Below are positions 21,119 to 30,014 of a DNA stretch of 30,541 nucleotides, in pieces (within the stretch, counting starts at the first letter, position 1; each line of letters opens with the position of its first letter). The position numbers and the translations under genes were made by a program. The notes beneath the pieces are model-generated. The model had not been told where the DNA came from and did no database searches. It was given only the letters and a program-made list of their open reading frames with translations. The stretch lies in IMG/VR virus record IMGVR_UViG_3300035187_000563; one strand, written 5' to 3'. This stretch comes from a virus.

Positions 21119-21862
21119 ATGATTGAAACAAAAACCATCATTGTACCCACGGAGTTGAAGGATGTCAAGTTACATCAAATGTTGGCGTACAATGAATTGA
21201 AGGCGGACATGGATGAAACACAAAGGCAGTTGGAATCGGTTGCCATCTTTTGTGAATTGACCATGAGCGAGGTGAAGGCCATCCCATTTGACATTCTCAA
21301 AGATTGTGTGATTAAGATTTCCAAGATGTTGGAATCAAAACCTGTGTTCACCCCCAGGTTCAAAATGAACGGCATCAAATACGGCTTCATCCCAAACATG
21401 GATGAATTGTCAACGGGTGAATTTATCGACATTGAAACATACCAAAAAACCCCCAATGATATTTGGAAGGTGTTATCGGTTTTATACCGCCCCATCAGTA
21501 AAGAAGGCCAAAACGGAAGGTATGAAATTGCCCCGTACAATGCGGAGTTGAACGCAGATTTCAAGGACATGGATTGCAACACGGCGTTTGGTGCGTTGCT
21601 TTTTTTTTGGAGTTTAGGAATCGACTTGTTGAATTCTACCCAGAAGTATTTGGCGATGGTGAGGAGGGGGGAAGTGTCGATGAAGTACGACTTACCGAAA
21701 AATGGGGATGGTTTGGAATGGTCTACCGACTTGCTAACCGAAGTTTCCTCAACCTTGAAGAAGTATATACAAAACCCATTCACTCCGCTTGTATGTGGAT
21801 CGCTTACGAAAGCGACATTGCGAAAATGGAACAAAAAGCAATTAAACAACGATGAACAATAA
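21119..21862 (+). CDS. Hypothetical virion-module protein (247 aa from ATG 21119)
   Basis: It is a long ORF with the native codon usage (TTG for Leu). The track's TTG start at 21101 lies inside the hairpin. Confidence 0.55.
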   Translation: MIETKTIIVPTELKDVKLHQMLAYNELKADMDETQRQLESVAIFCELTMSEVKAIPFDILKDCVIKISKMLESKPVFTPRFKMNGIKYGFIPNMDELSTGEFIDIETYQKTPNDIWKVLSVLYRPISKEGQNGRYEIAPYNAELNADFKDMDCNTAFGALLFFWSLGIDLLNSTQKYLAMVRRGEVSMKYDLPKNGDGLEWSTDLLTEVSSTLKKYIQNPFTPLVCGSLTKATLRKWNKKQLNNDEQ

Positions 21863-22343
21863 TCACATAGGAACGGCATTTGAGGTGATGAAAGACATTG
21901 CCGATTTGGAGGGGTGGAACTATTCACACGGCACATTAACCGAATTTGATTTCAAGGCGTTTTTGGTATTCCCGTTGATGCATTGTTCAATTCAATCGGT
22001 GGCATTAACCGACCAAGTGGCAACCATCCAAATGAATATCATGGTGGCGGATAGGGTGAACTTCTTGAAAACGGAAAACGAACAAGAAAATTTAATCACC
22101 GAATACAGCCAATACGGATACACCGAGAATCAAAACTATGCGAACATTTTACAAGATTTGTATGTAAGGTTTTCAAAGGGCTTATGGAAAACGGAACAAG
22201 ATTATTTTAACCAAATCCAATACATACGCCCCATTACTTTTCAACCATTTGTGGAAACATTGGATTCAGTATTGGCGGGTTACCAAATCACAGTTGGAAT
22301 TGAATTAATTAACCCATGGGTTACGGATGGCGATTGCGTATAA
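21852..22343 (+). CDS. Hypothetical virion-module protein (163 aa)
   Basis: Operon orientation, with an 11-nt overlap on the upstream gene. Confidence 0.55.
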   Translation: MNNNHIGTAFEVMKDIADLEGWNYSHGTLTEFDFKAFLVFPLMHCSIQSVALTDQVATIQMNIMVADRVNFLKTENEQENLITEYSQYGYTENQNYANILQDLYVRFSKGLWKTEQDYFNQIQYIRPITFQPFVETLDSVLAGYQITVGIELINPWVTDGDCV

Positions 22344-22875
22344 AAATAGCGAACAAGTAGTTGCGGAGTATTCCAACAAATGGGCGATTGCGTGTCGTAC
22401 CCTATTGGAGGTAAAACGCCCACGAACTTCAATCCGTGCCAAGTGGAAAAAGGTTGGTGAAGGTTGGACACCCATTTCCGTTTCCAAAAAAACATTCCGT
22501 GGAAATTATGTGGCATCTGGTCAATTGGTGAATTCTATTCAACCCGCACCCAAAGGGTTGGACATGGGGATTACAATGAACCAAACTGCCGATTATGTGC
22601 AGAACGGAAGGAAGCCAGGCAAGGGAATACCATTGGCATCAATGCGGAATTGGACAAAGATGAAACGCATTCAACCGCGTGATTTATCCACGGGAAAATT
22701 TAAGAGCAAGGCAACCGCCGAGGGTATGCGGTTCATGATGAATAGAAAAATCAAACACTTTGGTATTGAACCATTCCCATTTGTAACAATGGCACGAAAG
22801 GAAATTTTACCATCATTCAATAAGGCATTAACCAAGGCCATGGCCCAAGACATAAAAGCAAGATTCAAACGATGA
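22327..22875 (+). CDS. Putative head-tail joining / tail completion protein (HK97 gp10-like)
   Basis: The ORF is 182 aa and basic. The ASGQLVNSIQ segment resembles the TGxLrxSI motif of the gp10 family. The call is weak. Confidence 0.35.
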   Translation: MAIAYKNSEQVVAEYSNKWAIACRTLLEVKRPRTSIRAKWKKVGEGWTPISVSKKTFRGNYVASGQLVNSIQPAPKGLDMGITMNQTADYVQNGRKPGKGIPLASMRNWTKMKRIQPRDLSTGKFKSKATAEGMRFMMNRKIKHFGIEPFPFVTMARKEILPSFNKALTKAMAQDIKARFKR

Positions 22876-23993
22876 CATTCAACGAACAACCACAAGACAT
22901 AGCGGGGTGTTATTCCCCATTAATGTACCAATTTTATGATGCGTTATACACCGCAGATTCATTCTATTATCAATGCGATGTGTATGTGTGGAGTGGCACA
23001 ACGACAATCCCAGGTTCACCCAATTGGACAATTAACCGCAAACCCGACCAATACGGAAGTGGCCGTGGATGGATTGATATTCACAAATTGGTGCAACAAG
23101 AAGTGGCACAAAACTTTTTGGATAACCCAACATACAAACCAAACATCGGCAATGGTGCAAAACGGGTTGCGGTCAAAGTTCGTGGGGCATACAAAGTTGC
23201 GGGTGTTGATACCTATACGGCATATGTAACATCAAATGTAATTTTGGTAACCGCGGGATACACCTACACGGCCCAGGGGTTCAATGTGGGCTATCCAACC
23301 AAATATGTGTTCACCGATAAAACCCAAGTGACATTAACCACGGCAACGCCATCCGCGTATTTGTGGTATGATGCTTCCGTAATTACTTCAATTACTTGTG
23401 GGAGTGCCACAGTAACCCCAAACGCGGTTGGTGGTAGTAGTTCAAACACAATTCAAGGAATCGAAATAAAGCAACTAATGACCGCTGGGGGTGTGTGGGG
23501 TACGGATGCCAACATTACCTTCGTTAAAACGGGTGATGATGTGGTTATACCCGTTGATTTTGTGTGTGAGAATAAGTATGGCCAACAAGATGTGTTGTTC
23601 CTAAACAAATACGGGGTGTATGATTCGTTTTTGTTCAATGGTGTTTTCCGTTCAACCTTTGGGGTGAGCAAAGAAAAGTACGAACAACCGATATTCAAAC
23701 AAACCAATATGGCCGAATCGTGGACATACGGAGTGCCAATTACCACAAGTTATTTGGTGAATTCCGTGCAAACGATGACTGTGAACACCGATTGGATTAG
23801 TCAAAACGATGTTGATATTGTTGAGCAAATTTTTTATTCAACGAACCTTTTGGTATTGGATAGTGCCGAGGTATTATCAGCCCGTATCGTTGATACCACA
23901 TTTGAAAAGAAAACCCGTGTGAATGAAAAGTTGATTTTGTACACCATCCAAATGGAATACAACCAACCGAAGATTAATAAAATGGTACGATAA
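22872..23993 (+). CDS. Tail/baseplate structural protein (373 aa)
   Basis: It is a strand-rich protein coupled by overlaps (ATGA upstream, TAATG downstream) to the 906-aa tail protein. Confidence 0.5.
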   Translation: MTFNEQPQDIAGCYSPLMYQFYDALYTADSFYYQCDVYVWSGTTTIPGSPNWTINRKPDQYGSGRGWIDIHKLVQQEVAQNFLDNPTYKPNIGNGAKRVAVKVRGAYKVAGVDTYTAYVTSNVILVTAGYTYTAQGFNVGYPTKYVFTDKTQVTLTTATPSAYLWYDASVITSITCGSATVTPNAVGGSSSNTIQGIEIKQLMTAGGVWGTDANITFVKTGDDVVIPVDFVCENKYGQQDVLFLNKYGVYDSFLFNGVFRSTFGVSKEKYEQPIFKQTNMAESWTYGVPITTSYLVNSVQTMTVNTDWISQNDVDIVEQIFYSTNLLVLDSAEVLSARIVDTTFEKKTRVNEKLILYTIQMEYNQPKINKMVR

Positions 23994-26713
23994 TGGCGAT
24001 TAGATTTTCAATAACCATTGACGGAACGCCCGTTGACCTATTCAACGATGAATCCGTACCATTAACAAGGCAATTAAAGGATTTAACAAACCTTGCCACC
24101 ATTTGGACGGATTACACCAAGGATTTCCAAATACCCGCATCCGCTACCAACAACGCCATTTTTAATTCATGGTTTGATGAAAATGTGAAGTTGGGTGCGT
24201 GGAATCCTAATTTGGGAAAAGATGCTACCATATTCATTAACGGATTGCCCGTGTTTGAAGGGCGTGTTGAATTGATTGGGTGCAAATTCAAGGATGGGTT
24301 GCCACAATTGTACAACATCATTTTTTATGGCACGACCAAAAAATTATTGGATGATTGGGGTGAAACATTGATGAACGAAGTGGATTGGTCGAATTACAAT
24401 CACATCGCCAATTACACGAATGTATTGACTTCATGGGATCAAGGTTTATTGGATGACACATGGAATCAAATTACCACCCAATGGCAGAACATTACCACCA
24501 CATGGAATCAAGCCCCATATAGCGGTGATATTTTATGGCCGATTGCAGATTACAACCAACAATGGAGATATTCCACATTAACGGGGGTGAACGGAAACAT
24601 CTTAAAACCAAGGGGTGTTGAAGTGGATGATTTACGCCCCGCAATTCGTTTACGGGCGATGCTCACAACAGTGTTTGAGGAAATTGGGGTTACATTGACG
24701 GGTTCGTTTTTATCACGCCCCGAAATGGATGATTTGTATGTATTGCCAATGCAAACGGCGGGGCCGTTGTACGATCCCGAATATGTTTTACCTGGAACAT
24801 TTGATGCAAGTGTATCGGCTTATACTTATGTAACCCGCACAACGGGGGCGGTTAATTACACGAAAATCATTTACCCAACAATCGGTGCAAACCCATCGGG
24901 GAATTACAACACATCAACGGGTATTTACACGCCAAATCGGTCGGGTAATTACACATTCCGTATTGGTATTAATGTCAATTTCATTTCGGTGTTGAATACA
25001 TCCATCAGTTTTGTTGTGATGGTCAATGGCCGAGTAATGTATACTTATGTACAACAAACGAACACAGTTGGAACGACATATTATTCAAGTAATTTGGCAT
25101 TGAATACGGGCGATGAAGTAACGATTGGTTACAACACATTTTCCACAATCGCCGCTGCGAGTATTTTAACATTTGATTGTAGCAAAGCCCCACAAGGGAT
25201 TAATGGCAATTTGGTCAACATGGTGGATGCGATGCCACAAAAACCCATCAAAGATTTTGTCAATGGGGTGTTGCAAGGTTTCAACTGCATATTGGTTCCC
25301 ATTGGTGAAAAGCAAATTGAAATTCACAATTTGGCCGATTGGTTGGCATTGGGAACAACAAAGAATTGGTCACCATATGTGGATGTGAAGGACATTCAAC
25401 ACGATAAAATGCCAATACCACGCCATGTGAGTATGGAACACCAAGAATCAACATGCTTGGCAAATGCGTACTACAAACAAATCAACAAACGGGAATATGG
25501 ATCAATTAAGTTCATGCCGTTAATTGATTACCCAACGGAGGAATTTAACATTGAAACCCCATTCCATGTGATTGCCCCCCAGGCGATGAACCAAGTCAAT
25601 TTGAATGGGCAAATAGTACGCAAAACGGAATTGAACATCCCCGTGTTTTTGGATACCGATTTCAAACCCGTTCAACAAGATTACACCTTGTTTTACTACG
25701 GAGGCAAACAATCGGTTTCCGATGTGTGGTATTTCAATAATGTTGTGCAATATGTGATGCCGTTGATGACACCATATTCCGATTACCCAACCATTTCAAA
25801 TAGTTATTCAAATGCGTTTGGATTGGAATTGTCATTGCGTGGTGATGCACCCACAAAAACGATGTATGATTTGTATTGGACGGAATACCTTACCCGTATG
25901 TATTCAACGCAATCAAGGGTGGTTAAAATGACCGCCGTGTTGCCCGTGGGTGAGTGGTTGAACCTTGAATTGAACGACACCATCGCCATTTCATCCAATT
26001 ACTACAAAATCCAATCCATCCAATACGATATGTTAACGGAGATTGCGAACCTGGAATTGGTAACATACCCCGATGTGGAAATCATGAGGTTTACCACCAC
26101 GGGGCAACGGCCCGATTTTACCAACCCCGTTGAAGTACCCGCTGGAAGAACATATTTGCGGGATTATTCGGTTGCAAAAGGTATCATGAATTCCTACAAG
26201 TTCAACGGCCAAGATTATTTGGACACCAACCAAGATGAGGACTACAACCAAAATAGCGTGTCGACATTGGTTCATCAAGTTGAGAACTTGCAATCCATCG
26301 TGCAGTTTAACCAAATCACGATGTACAACAACAACCCCGCAACCCGCACAACAGATTCAACCTTGTGGGATACCATCCCTATGGAGGAACAAGAATCAAT
26401 CGGGTATGTGCAGAACATCACGGCCACATTGAACCCATCAAAATATGTATGCACCGATGGTGGGCAATACAAGTTCACGGCGATGGCTTCGTTTGGTCAA
26501 AGTGGAAACAAATCAATTGAATATGCAATCCAAATCAACGGCATCAACACAACGGCATATGCTGCCACGGATTCAAATTTCCATAGTATTCAAATTGACA
26601 CCATATTGGATTTGGCCCCCACGGATGAAGTAACATTTGTTTGGAAAATGTACACGGGTGGTTCGCACACCATCACCATTTTGAAATCCAACTTTTTAAT
26701 ACTCAAAAAATGA
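23993..26713 (+). CDS. Large tail-tip / baseplate hub protein (906 aa)
   Basis: It is the largest ORF in the window. The N-terminus (FSITIDGTPVDLFNDESVPLTRQLKDL...DYTKDFQIPASATNNAIF) is typical of distal tail proteins as I recall them. It contains the heptad repeat TWNQITT/QWQNITT/TWNQAPY. Confidence 0.55.
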   Translation: MAIRFSITIDGTPVDLFNDESVPLTRQLKDLTNLATIWTDYTKDFQIPASATNNAIFNSWFDENVKLGAWNPNLGKDATIFINGLPVFEGRVELIGCKFKDGLPQLYNIIFYGTTKKLLDDWGETLMNEVDWSNYNHIANYTNVLTSWDQGLLDDTWNQITTQWQNITTTWNQAPYSGDILWPIADYNQQWRYSTLTGVNGNILKPRGVEVDDLRPAIRLRAMLTTVFEEIGVTLTGSFLSRPEMDDLYVLPMQTAGPLYDPEYVLPGTFDASVSAYTYVTRTTGAVNYTKIIYPTIGANPSGNYNTSTGIYTPNRSGNYTFRIGINVNFISVLNTSISFVVMVNGRVMYTYVQQTNTVGTTYYSSNLALNTGDEVTIGYNTFSTIAAASILTFDCSKAPQGINGNLVNMVDAMPQKPIKDFVNGVLQGFNCILVPIGEKQIEIHNLADWLALGTTKNWSPYVDVKDIQHDKMPIPRHVSMEHQESTCLANAYYKQINKREYGSIKFMPLIDYPTEEFNIETPFHVIAPQAMNQVNLNGQIVRKTELNIPVFLDTDFKPVQQDYTLFYYGGKQSVSDVWYFNNVVQYVMPLMTPYSDYPTISNSYSNAFGLELSLRGDAPTKTMYDLYWTEYLTRMYSTQSRVVKMTAVLPVGEWLNLELNDTIAISSNYYKIQSIQYDMLTEIANLELVTYPDVEIMRFTTTGQRPDFTNPVEVPAGRTYLRDYSVAKGIMNSYKFNGQDYLDTNQDEDYNQNSVSTLVHQVENLQSIVQFNQITMYNNNPATRTTDSTLWDTIPMEEQESIGYVQNITATLNPSKYVCTDGGQYKFTAMASFGQSGNKSIEYAIQINGINTTAYAATDSNFHSIQIDTILDLAPTDEVTFVWKMYTGGSHTITILKSNFLILKK

Positions 26714-26865
26714 TATCATTAATCATAAAATTAGCACAATCCCAAGAATGGTACGGGGTATCCGATGCGGTGGAAATCGCAAAGGGCAAAAACCAATATG
26801 CACAAACTTGGAAGCAAGTATTTACACAATATAAAAGAACATACAAATCATGGCGGATGAAATAA
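26710..26865 (+). CDS. Small hypothetical protein (51 aa from ATG 26710)
   Basis: ATGA overlap with the upstream stop. The track start at 26641 would lie inside the upstream gene. Confidence 0.4.
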   Translation: MISLIIKLAQSQEWYGVSDAVEIAKGKNQYAQTWKQVFTQYKRTYKSWRMK

Positions 26866-28742
26866 ATTTTAAGATAAACGCGGACACCAAAAAGGCCGAA
26901 AAGAACATTGATGGCCTGGAAAAAAGTTTAGGTGGTTTGGGTGGGCTTTTTGCCCGTGCGGGTAAAGGTGCAAAATCATTTGGACAAACATTGTCCGCAA
27001 TGGGGAATGCCGTTAAAACGGGATTGGGATTTGGTATCTTGTTGGGGGTATTGGATACCTTCAAATCGGTATTGAGTGAAAACCAAGCCGTGGTGGATTT
27101 GCTTAACCAAGCCATGGTTGTAATGCAAGGTGTGGTGAATGGGGTTGTTGAGGTATTGAAACCATTGTTTGGATGGTTTGCTAAGGCATTCAAAGAACCA
27201 AAAGTATGGTGGGATGATTTGGTTGCATCGTTTGAACGCGGTGCAAAGTTCATCAAAGAAAACATGATTGATGGGGTGTTCAATAAGTTCACACAATGGG
27301 CGAACACGGCCAAACTTGCCATCCTTGAATTGCGTAAAAATTGGAATGAGTTTACGGGCGACACCGAAGAAGCCAAAAAGATTGGGGATGAAATTGACAA
27401 ACTTCAAAAACAAAATGTCAAGTTAGCACAGGAAAACGCCAAGAAGATGGAAAACATCAAAGGCGTTGTGAATGATGTTGTGGAGTTCACAAAACAATCG
27501 TTCAATACAATCGCCAAGGCAACCAAAAAGGCATTTGATAACAAAGATGTATTGGCCAATGCGGAAGCCAACATTCAAAGATTGCAAACCTTGTATCAAG
27601 GTATTGTTGAAAAGTACGATTTGATGGCCGAGAAACAACGGCAATTGCGTGATGATGAAAACACAACCATTGCGGATCGTTTGGCAGCGAATAAAGAATT
27701 GCAAAGGGTATTGGCCGAAGGTGAGGAAAAAGAAAAAGAAAACATCAAAGCCCGAATGGGTATTATCCAAATGCAACAAAATTTGTTGGGTGCAAATAAA
27801 GACCGAGCAAATGAATTGTTGGCATTGCAACAAGAATTAACGGGAGTAACGGCAAAGTATGCGGGGTTGATGTCGGAAACCCTTACCAACGAAGTATCAT
27901 TGGGCAAGGAAGCATTGGACATTCAAAAGTCAATCAACGAATCAAAGTTATCCCAAATTGAAATCACCAACGAAGCGTTATTGGCTGAAAAGGAAGCGGC
28001 GATTGAAAGGGCTGATTTGTTGACCAATGAGTTCGATAAATTCAAGGCCGTTAAGGAAGCGGAACAAGCATTGAGGGATGAAGAAATCCGACAATTGAAC
28101 GAATTGAACGAAAAACGCCAAGCCGATTTTGACACCCAGTTATCACAATTGACAAAAGGCACCGCAGCGTATCAAGATGTGTTAAACCAAAAGTTGGAAG
28201 CACAAGCGCAGTTTGATGCGGATATGAAAGTCAAAACAACCGAACAAGCGACATTTGAAGCGAAGTCGGCAAAGGAATTGACCGCATTAAAAATCAGTCA
28301 ACAAGAAGCATTGGCAAGTGCAGTTACGGGGGCATTAACATCCATAGCAACCGCAGTTGGTGAGGAAACCGCAGCGGGTAAATCATTGGCCATTGCATCG
28401 GCAATCATTGACACCTACATGGGGGCAACCAAGGCATTGGCATTGGGTGCGGGAACACCCGTTGGTTATATCAACGCAGCGGCGATTATCGCAGCGGGAT
28501 TTGCCAATGTTCGGAAGATGGCATCAACACCAATCCCAGGTAGTTCGGATTCAGCACCACAACCAAGCATGGGGCCAAGTGTTTCAATTGTGGGTGGTTC
28601 GGCCGATCCATCGGCACAACTTGCAAAGAGTTTGGCAAGTCAACAACAAAAACCAATCAAGGCGTACACAGTTGCAACGGACATGAGTACCCAACAAGCC
28701 CTTGACCGCAGAATCCAACAAAACGCAACATTCCCTGGTTAA
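26850..28742 (+). CDS. Tape-measure-like protein (630 aa)
   Basis: It has long coiled-coil regions, Gly/hydrophobic segments near the N-terminus (GLGFGILLGVL), and a C-terminal AIASAIIDTYMGATKALALGAGTPVGYINAAAIIAAGFANV segment. An internal virion protein is not excluded. Confidence 0.55.
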   Translation: MADEINFKINADTKKAEKNIDGLEKSLGGLGGLFARAGKGAKSFGQTLSAMGNAVKTGLGFGILLGVLDTFKSVLSENQAVVDLLNQAMVVMQGVVNGVVEVLKPLFGWFAKAFKEPKVWWDDLVASFERGAKFIKENMIDGVFNKFTQWANTAKLAILELRKNWNEFTGDTEEAKKIGDEIDKLQKQNVKLAQENAKKMENIKGVVNDVVEFTKQSFNTIAKATKKAFDNKDVLANAEANIQRLQTLYQGIVEKYDLMAEKQRQLRDDENTTIADRLAANKELQRVLAEGEEKEKENIKARMGIIQMQQNLLGANKDRANELLALQQELTGVTAKYAGLMSETLTNEVSLGKEALDIQKSINESKLSQIEITNEALLAEKEAAIERADLLTNEFDKFKAVKEAEQALRDEEIRQLNELNEKRQADFDTQLSQLTKGTAAYQDVLNQKLEAQAQFDADMKVKTTEQATFEAKSAKELTALKISQQEALASAVTGALTSIATAVGEETAAGKSLAIASAIIDTYMGATKALALGAGTPVGYINAAAIIAAGFANVRKMASTPIPGSSDSAPQPSMGPSVSIVGGSADPSAQLAKSLASQQQKPIKAYTVATDMSTQQALDRRIQQNATFPG

Positions 28743-28750
28743 TTCGTTAT

Positions 28751-29056
28751 ATGGTTATGCAATTAAGAGGTATTAAATTGGCATTAGTTGATGATGCTAA
28801 AAAAATCGTGATGGACTTTGGTGTAAACTTAAAGGAAATTGAAACCAATGGAAAAGAATTTGAAAAATATGCAATAGCGATTGAAAGATATGGAGAAATG
28901 GGATTGGAACTTTTCAAGAAATCAAGTTCTATGGTTGACAAATTAGAGGCAGCATACAAAGCATTAGGCGTTGATCCAAATGTTAGCAATGAATACAAAA
29001 CATTGGTAAAACAAATGGATACTTTGCTGACTTATCGCAAAAGATATAGTTTCTAA
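28751..29056 (+). CDS. Hypothetical helical protein (101 aa), paralog of 29069..29404
   Basis: It shares IKLALVDDAKK and ...ALGVDPNV... with IKVEMALVDDLKK and ...DLGIDIQEL... in the neighbour. It is A/T-rich and uses TTA for Leu. Confidence 0.55.
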   Translation: MVMQLRGIKLALVDDAKKIVMDFGVNLKEIETNGKEFEKYAIAIERYGEMGLELFKKSSSMVDKLEAAYKALGVDPNVSNEYKTLVKQMDTLLTYRKRYSF

Positions 29057-29068
29057 AAATATAAAAAT

Positions 29069-29404
29069 ATGAAAACATCATTTGAAAAATTCATGGCATC
29101 AAGTGCCGTTCAGCCAATTAAAGTGGAAATGGCATTGGTTGATGATTTGAAAAAAGCGGCAATTCAACTAAATACAAGAGCATTAGAATTAAAATCCGAA
29201 TTGGACAATATCAAACAATCTAAACAAAGAGCAATATCTGCTTATAACACATTGTTAAAATTTCGAAGTGATTTAGAGTTAATACAAAGAAGTTACAATC
29301 AAAGTGCAAAAGATTTGGGCATTGACATTCAAGAACTTCCAGAAATCACAAAAGCCAAGAATTTGATGTCGGAAGCCATGAAAATTTATAGCCAAGAAAT
29401 TTAA
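29069..29404 (+). CDS. Hypothetical helical protein (111 aa), paralog of 28751..29056
   Basis: Same evidence as for the neighbouring paralog at 28751..29056. Confidence 0.55.
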   Translation: MKTSFEKFMASSAVQPIKVEMALVDDLKKAAIQLNTRALELKSELDNIKQSKQRAISAYNTLLKFRSDLELIQRSYNQSAKDLGIDIQELPEITKAKNLMSEAMKIYSQEI

Positions 29405-29405
29405 C

Positions 29406-30008
29406 ATGAGAATCGTTGAACTTATATTGGATGAACAACAAATGGCAAGTGGCATTGATGCGATAAGCATCGTGGAAGCCCCCGCCATTGAATCCAATTT
29501 TGTTGCGTTGAAATCCCATGAAGTAAAGTTTGCCAAGGTAGATGCAGAAAAACGCATCTTAATGGGTCCGATTCTTATTCCAGACAAACCCATATACCGC
29601 AAACAAATTGTGGATGGGGCTATGGATGAATTTTACATTTACTTTTCCAAGGATACCGTTCGCAAAGCATCACAGATGTTTTTGATGAAGGGCAATCAAG
29701 GCAACGCCACTATTGAACACCAATTGGCAGTTAAGGGCGTTTGCATGGTTGAATCTTGGTTAAAAGAGGACATGGAAAAGGACAAATCCGCAATCTATGG
29801 AATGACCGATCCCATCGGAACTTGGATGGGTTGTTTGAAAGTTACCAACGATGAAGTGTGGAACGATGCCAAGGATGGCAAATTCAAAGGGTTCAGCATT
29901 GAAGGTTATTTCGCGGACAAAATGAAGATGAGTAAACAACCATCATTACTTGATGAGGTTAAAGACCTTTTATTGGAATATCAAAAATCTAACAATCTAA
30001 AAAAATAA
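29406..30008 (+). CDS. Prohead protease, XkdF-like (Peptidase_S78_2 type)
   Basis: MRIVELILDE...ISIVEAPAIESNF...GPILIPDKPIYR...FSKDTVRKASQMFLMKG...IEHQ...VESWL...GTWMGCLKV.NDEVWNDAKDGKFKGFSIEG matches the XkdF domain pattern. The gene precedes the scaffold and capsid genes. Confidence 0.75.
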   Translation: MRIVELILDEQQMASGIDAISIVEAPAIESNFVALKSHEVKFAKVDAEKRILMGPILIPDKPIYRKQIVDGAMDEFYIYFSKDTVRKASQMFLMKGNQGNATIEHQLAVKGVCMVESWLKEDMEKDKSAIYGMTDPIGTWMGCLKVTNDEVWNDAKDGKFKGFSIEGYFADKMKMSKQPSLLDEVKDLLLEYQKSNNLKK

Positions 30009-30014
30009 AGTTTT

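Noticed and set aside
21574-21855. A T9 homopolymer (21600-21608) inside ORF 21119..21862, plus a 93-codon ORF in the -1 frame that looks protein-like. Possible programmed frameshift or homopolymer sequencing error.
   Set aside because: After the T-run the annotated frame keeps the genome-typical codon usage, with TTG for Leu eight times. The -1 frame would use CTT/CTC for Leu and CGA for Arg almost exclusively, and those codons are by-products of xxC-TTG in the real frame. Both frames also stop within 7 nt of each other, so no extended product would arise. The homopolymer length is still worth checking in the raw reads.
21175-21936. A 253-aa ORF on the minus strand. Similar long antisense ORFs lie at 26822..27400, 18593..19171, 4536..5114, 3371..3937, 13469..13930 and 7414..7869.
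   Set aside because: Each one lies exactly antisense to a well-supported + strand gene. Their products are Ser/Phe/Asn/Cys-rich with no recognisable motifs. They are the expected shadow ORFs of genes that avoid the TTA/CTA/TCA codons, since Leu here is mostly TTG. No minus-strand promoter or terminator context is visible, and every supported gene is on the + strand.
22684-22692. Near-consensus DnaA boxes: TTATCCACg at 22684-22692, and TGTGGATtt at 1973, 20150 and 20617. Considered as binding sites for the DnaA-IV-like protein or as an origin.
   Set aside because: These are isolated 7-8 of 9 matches scattered through coding regions, with no cluster. That is what chance would produce in 30 kb. 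Only the copy in the promoter D spacer is mentioned, as a speculative aside.
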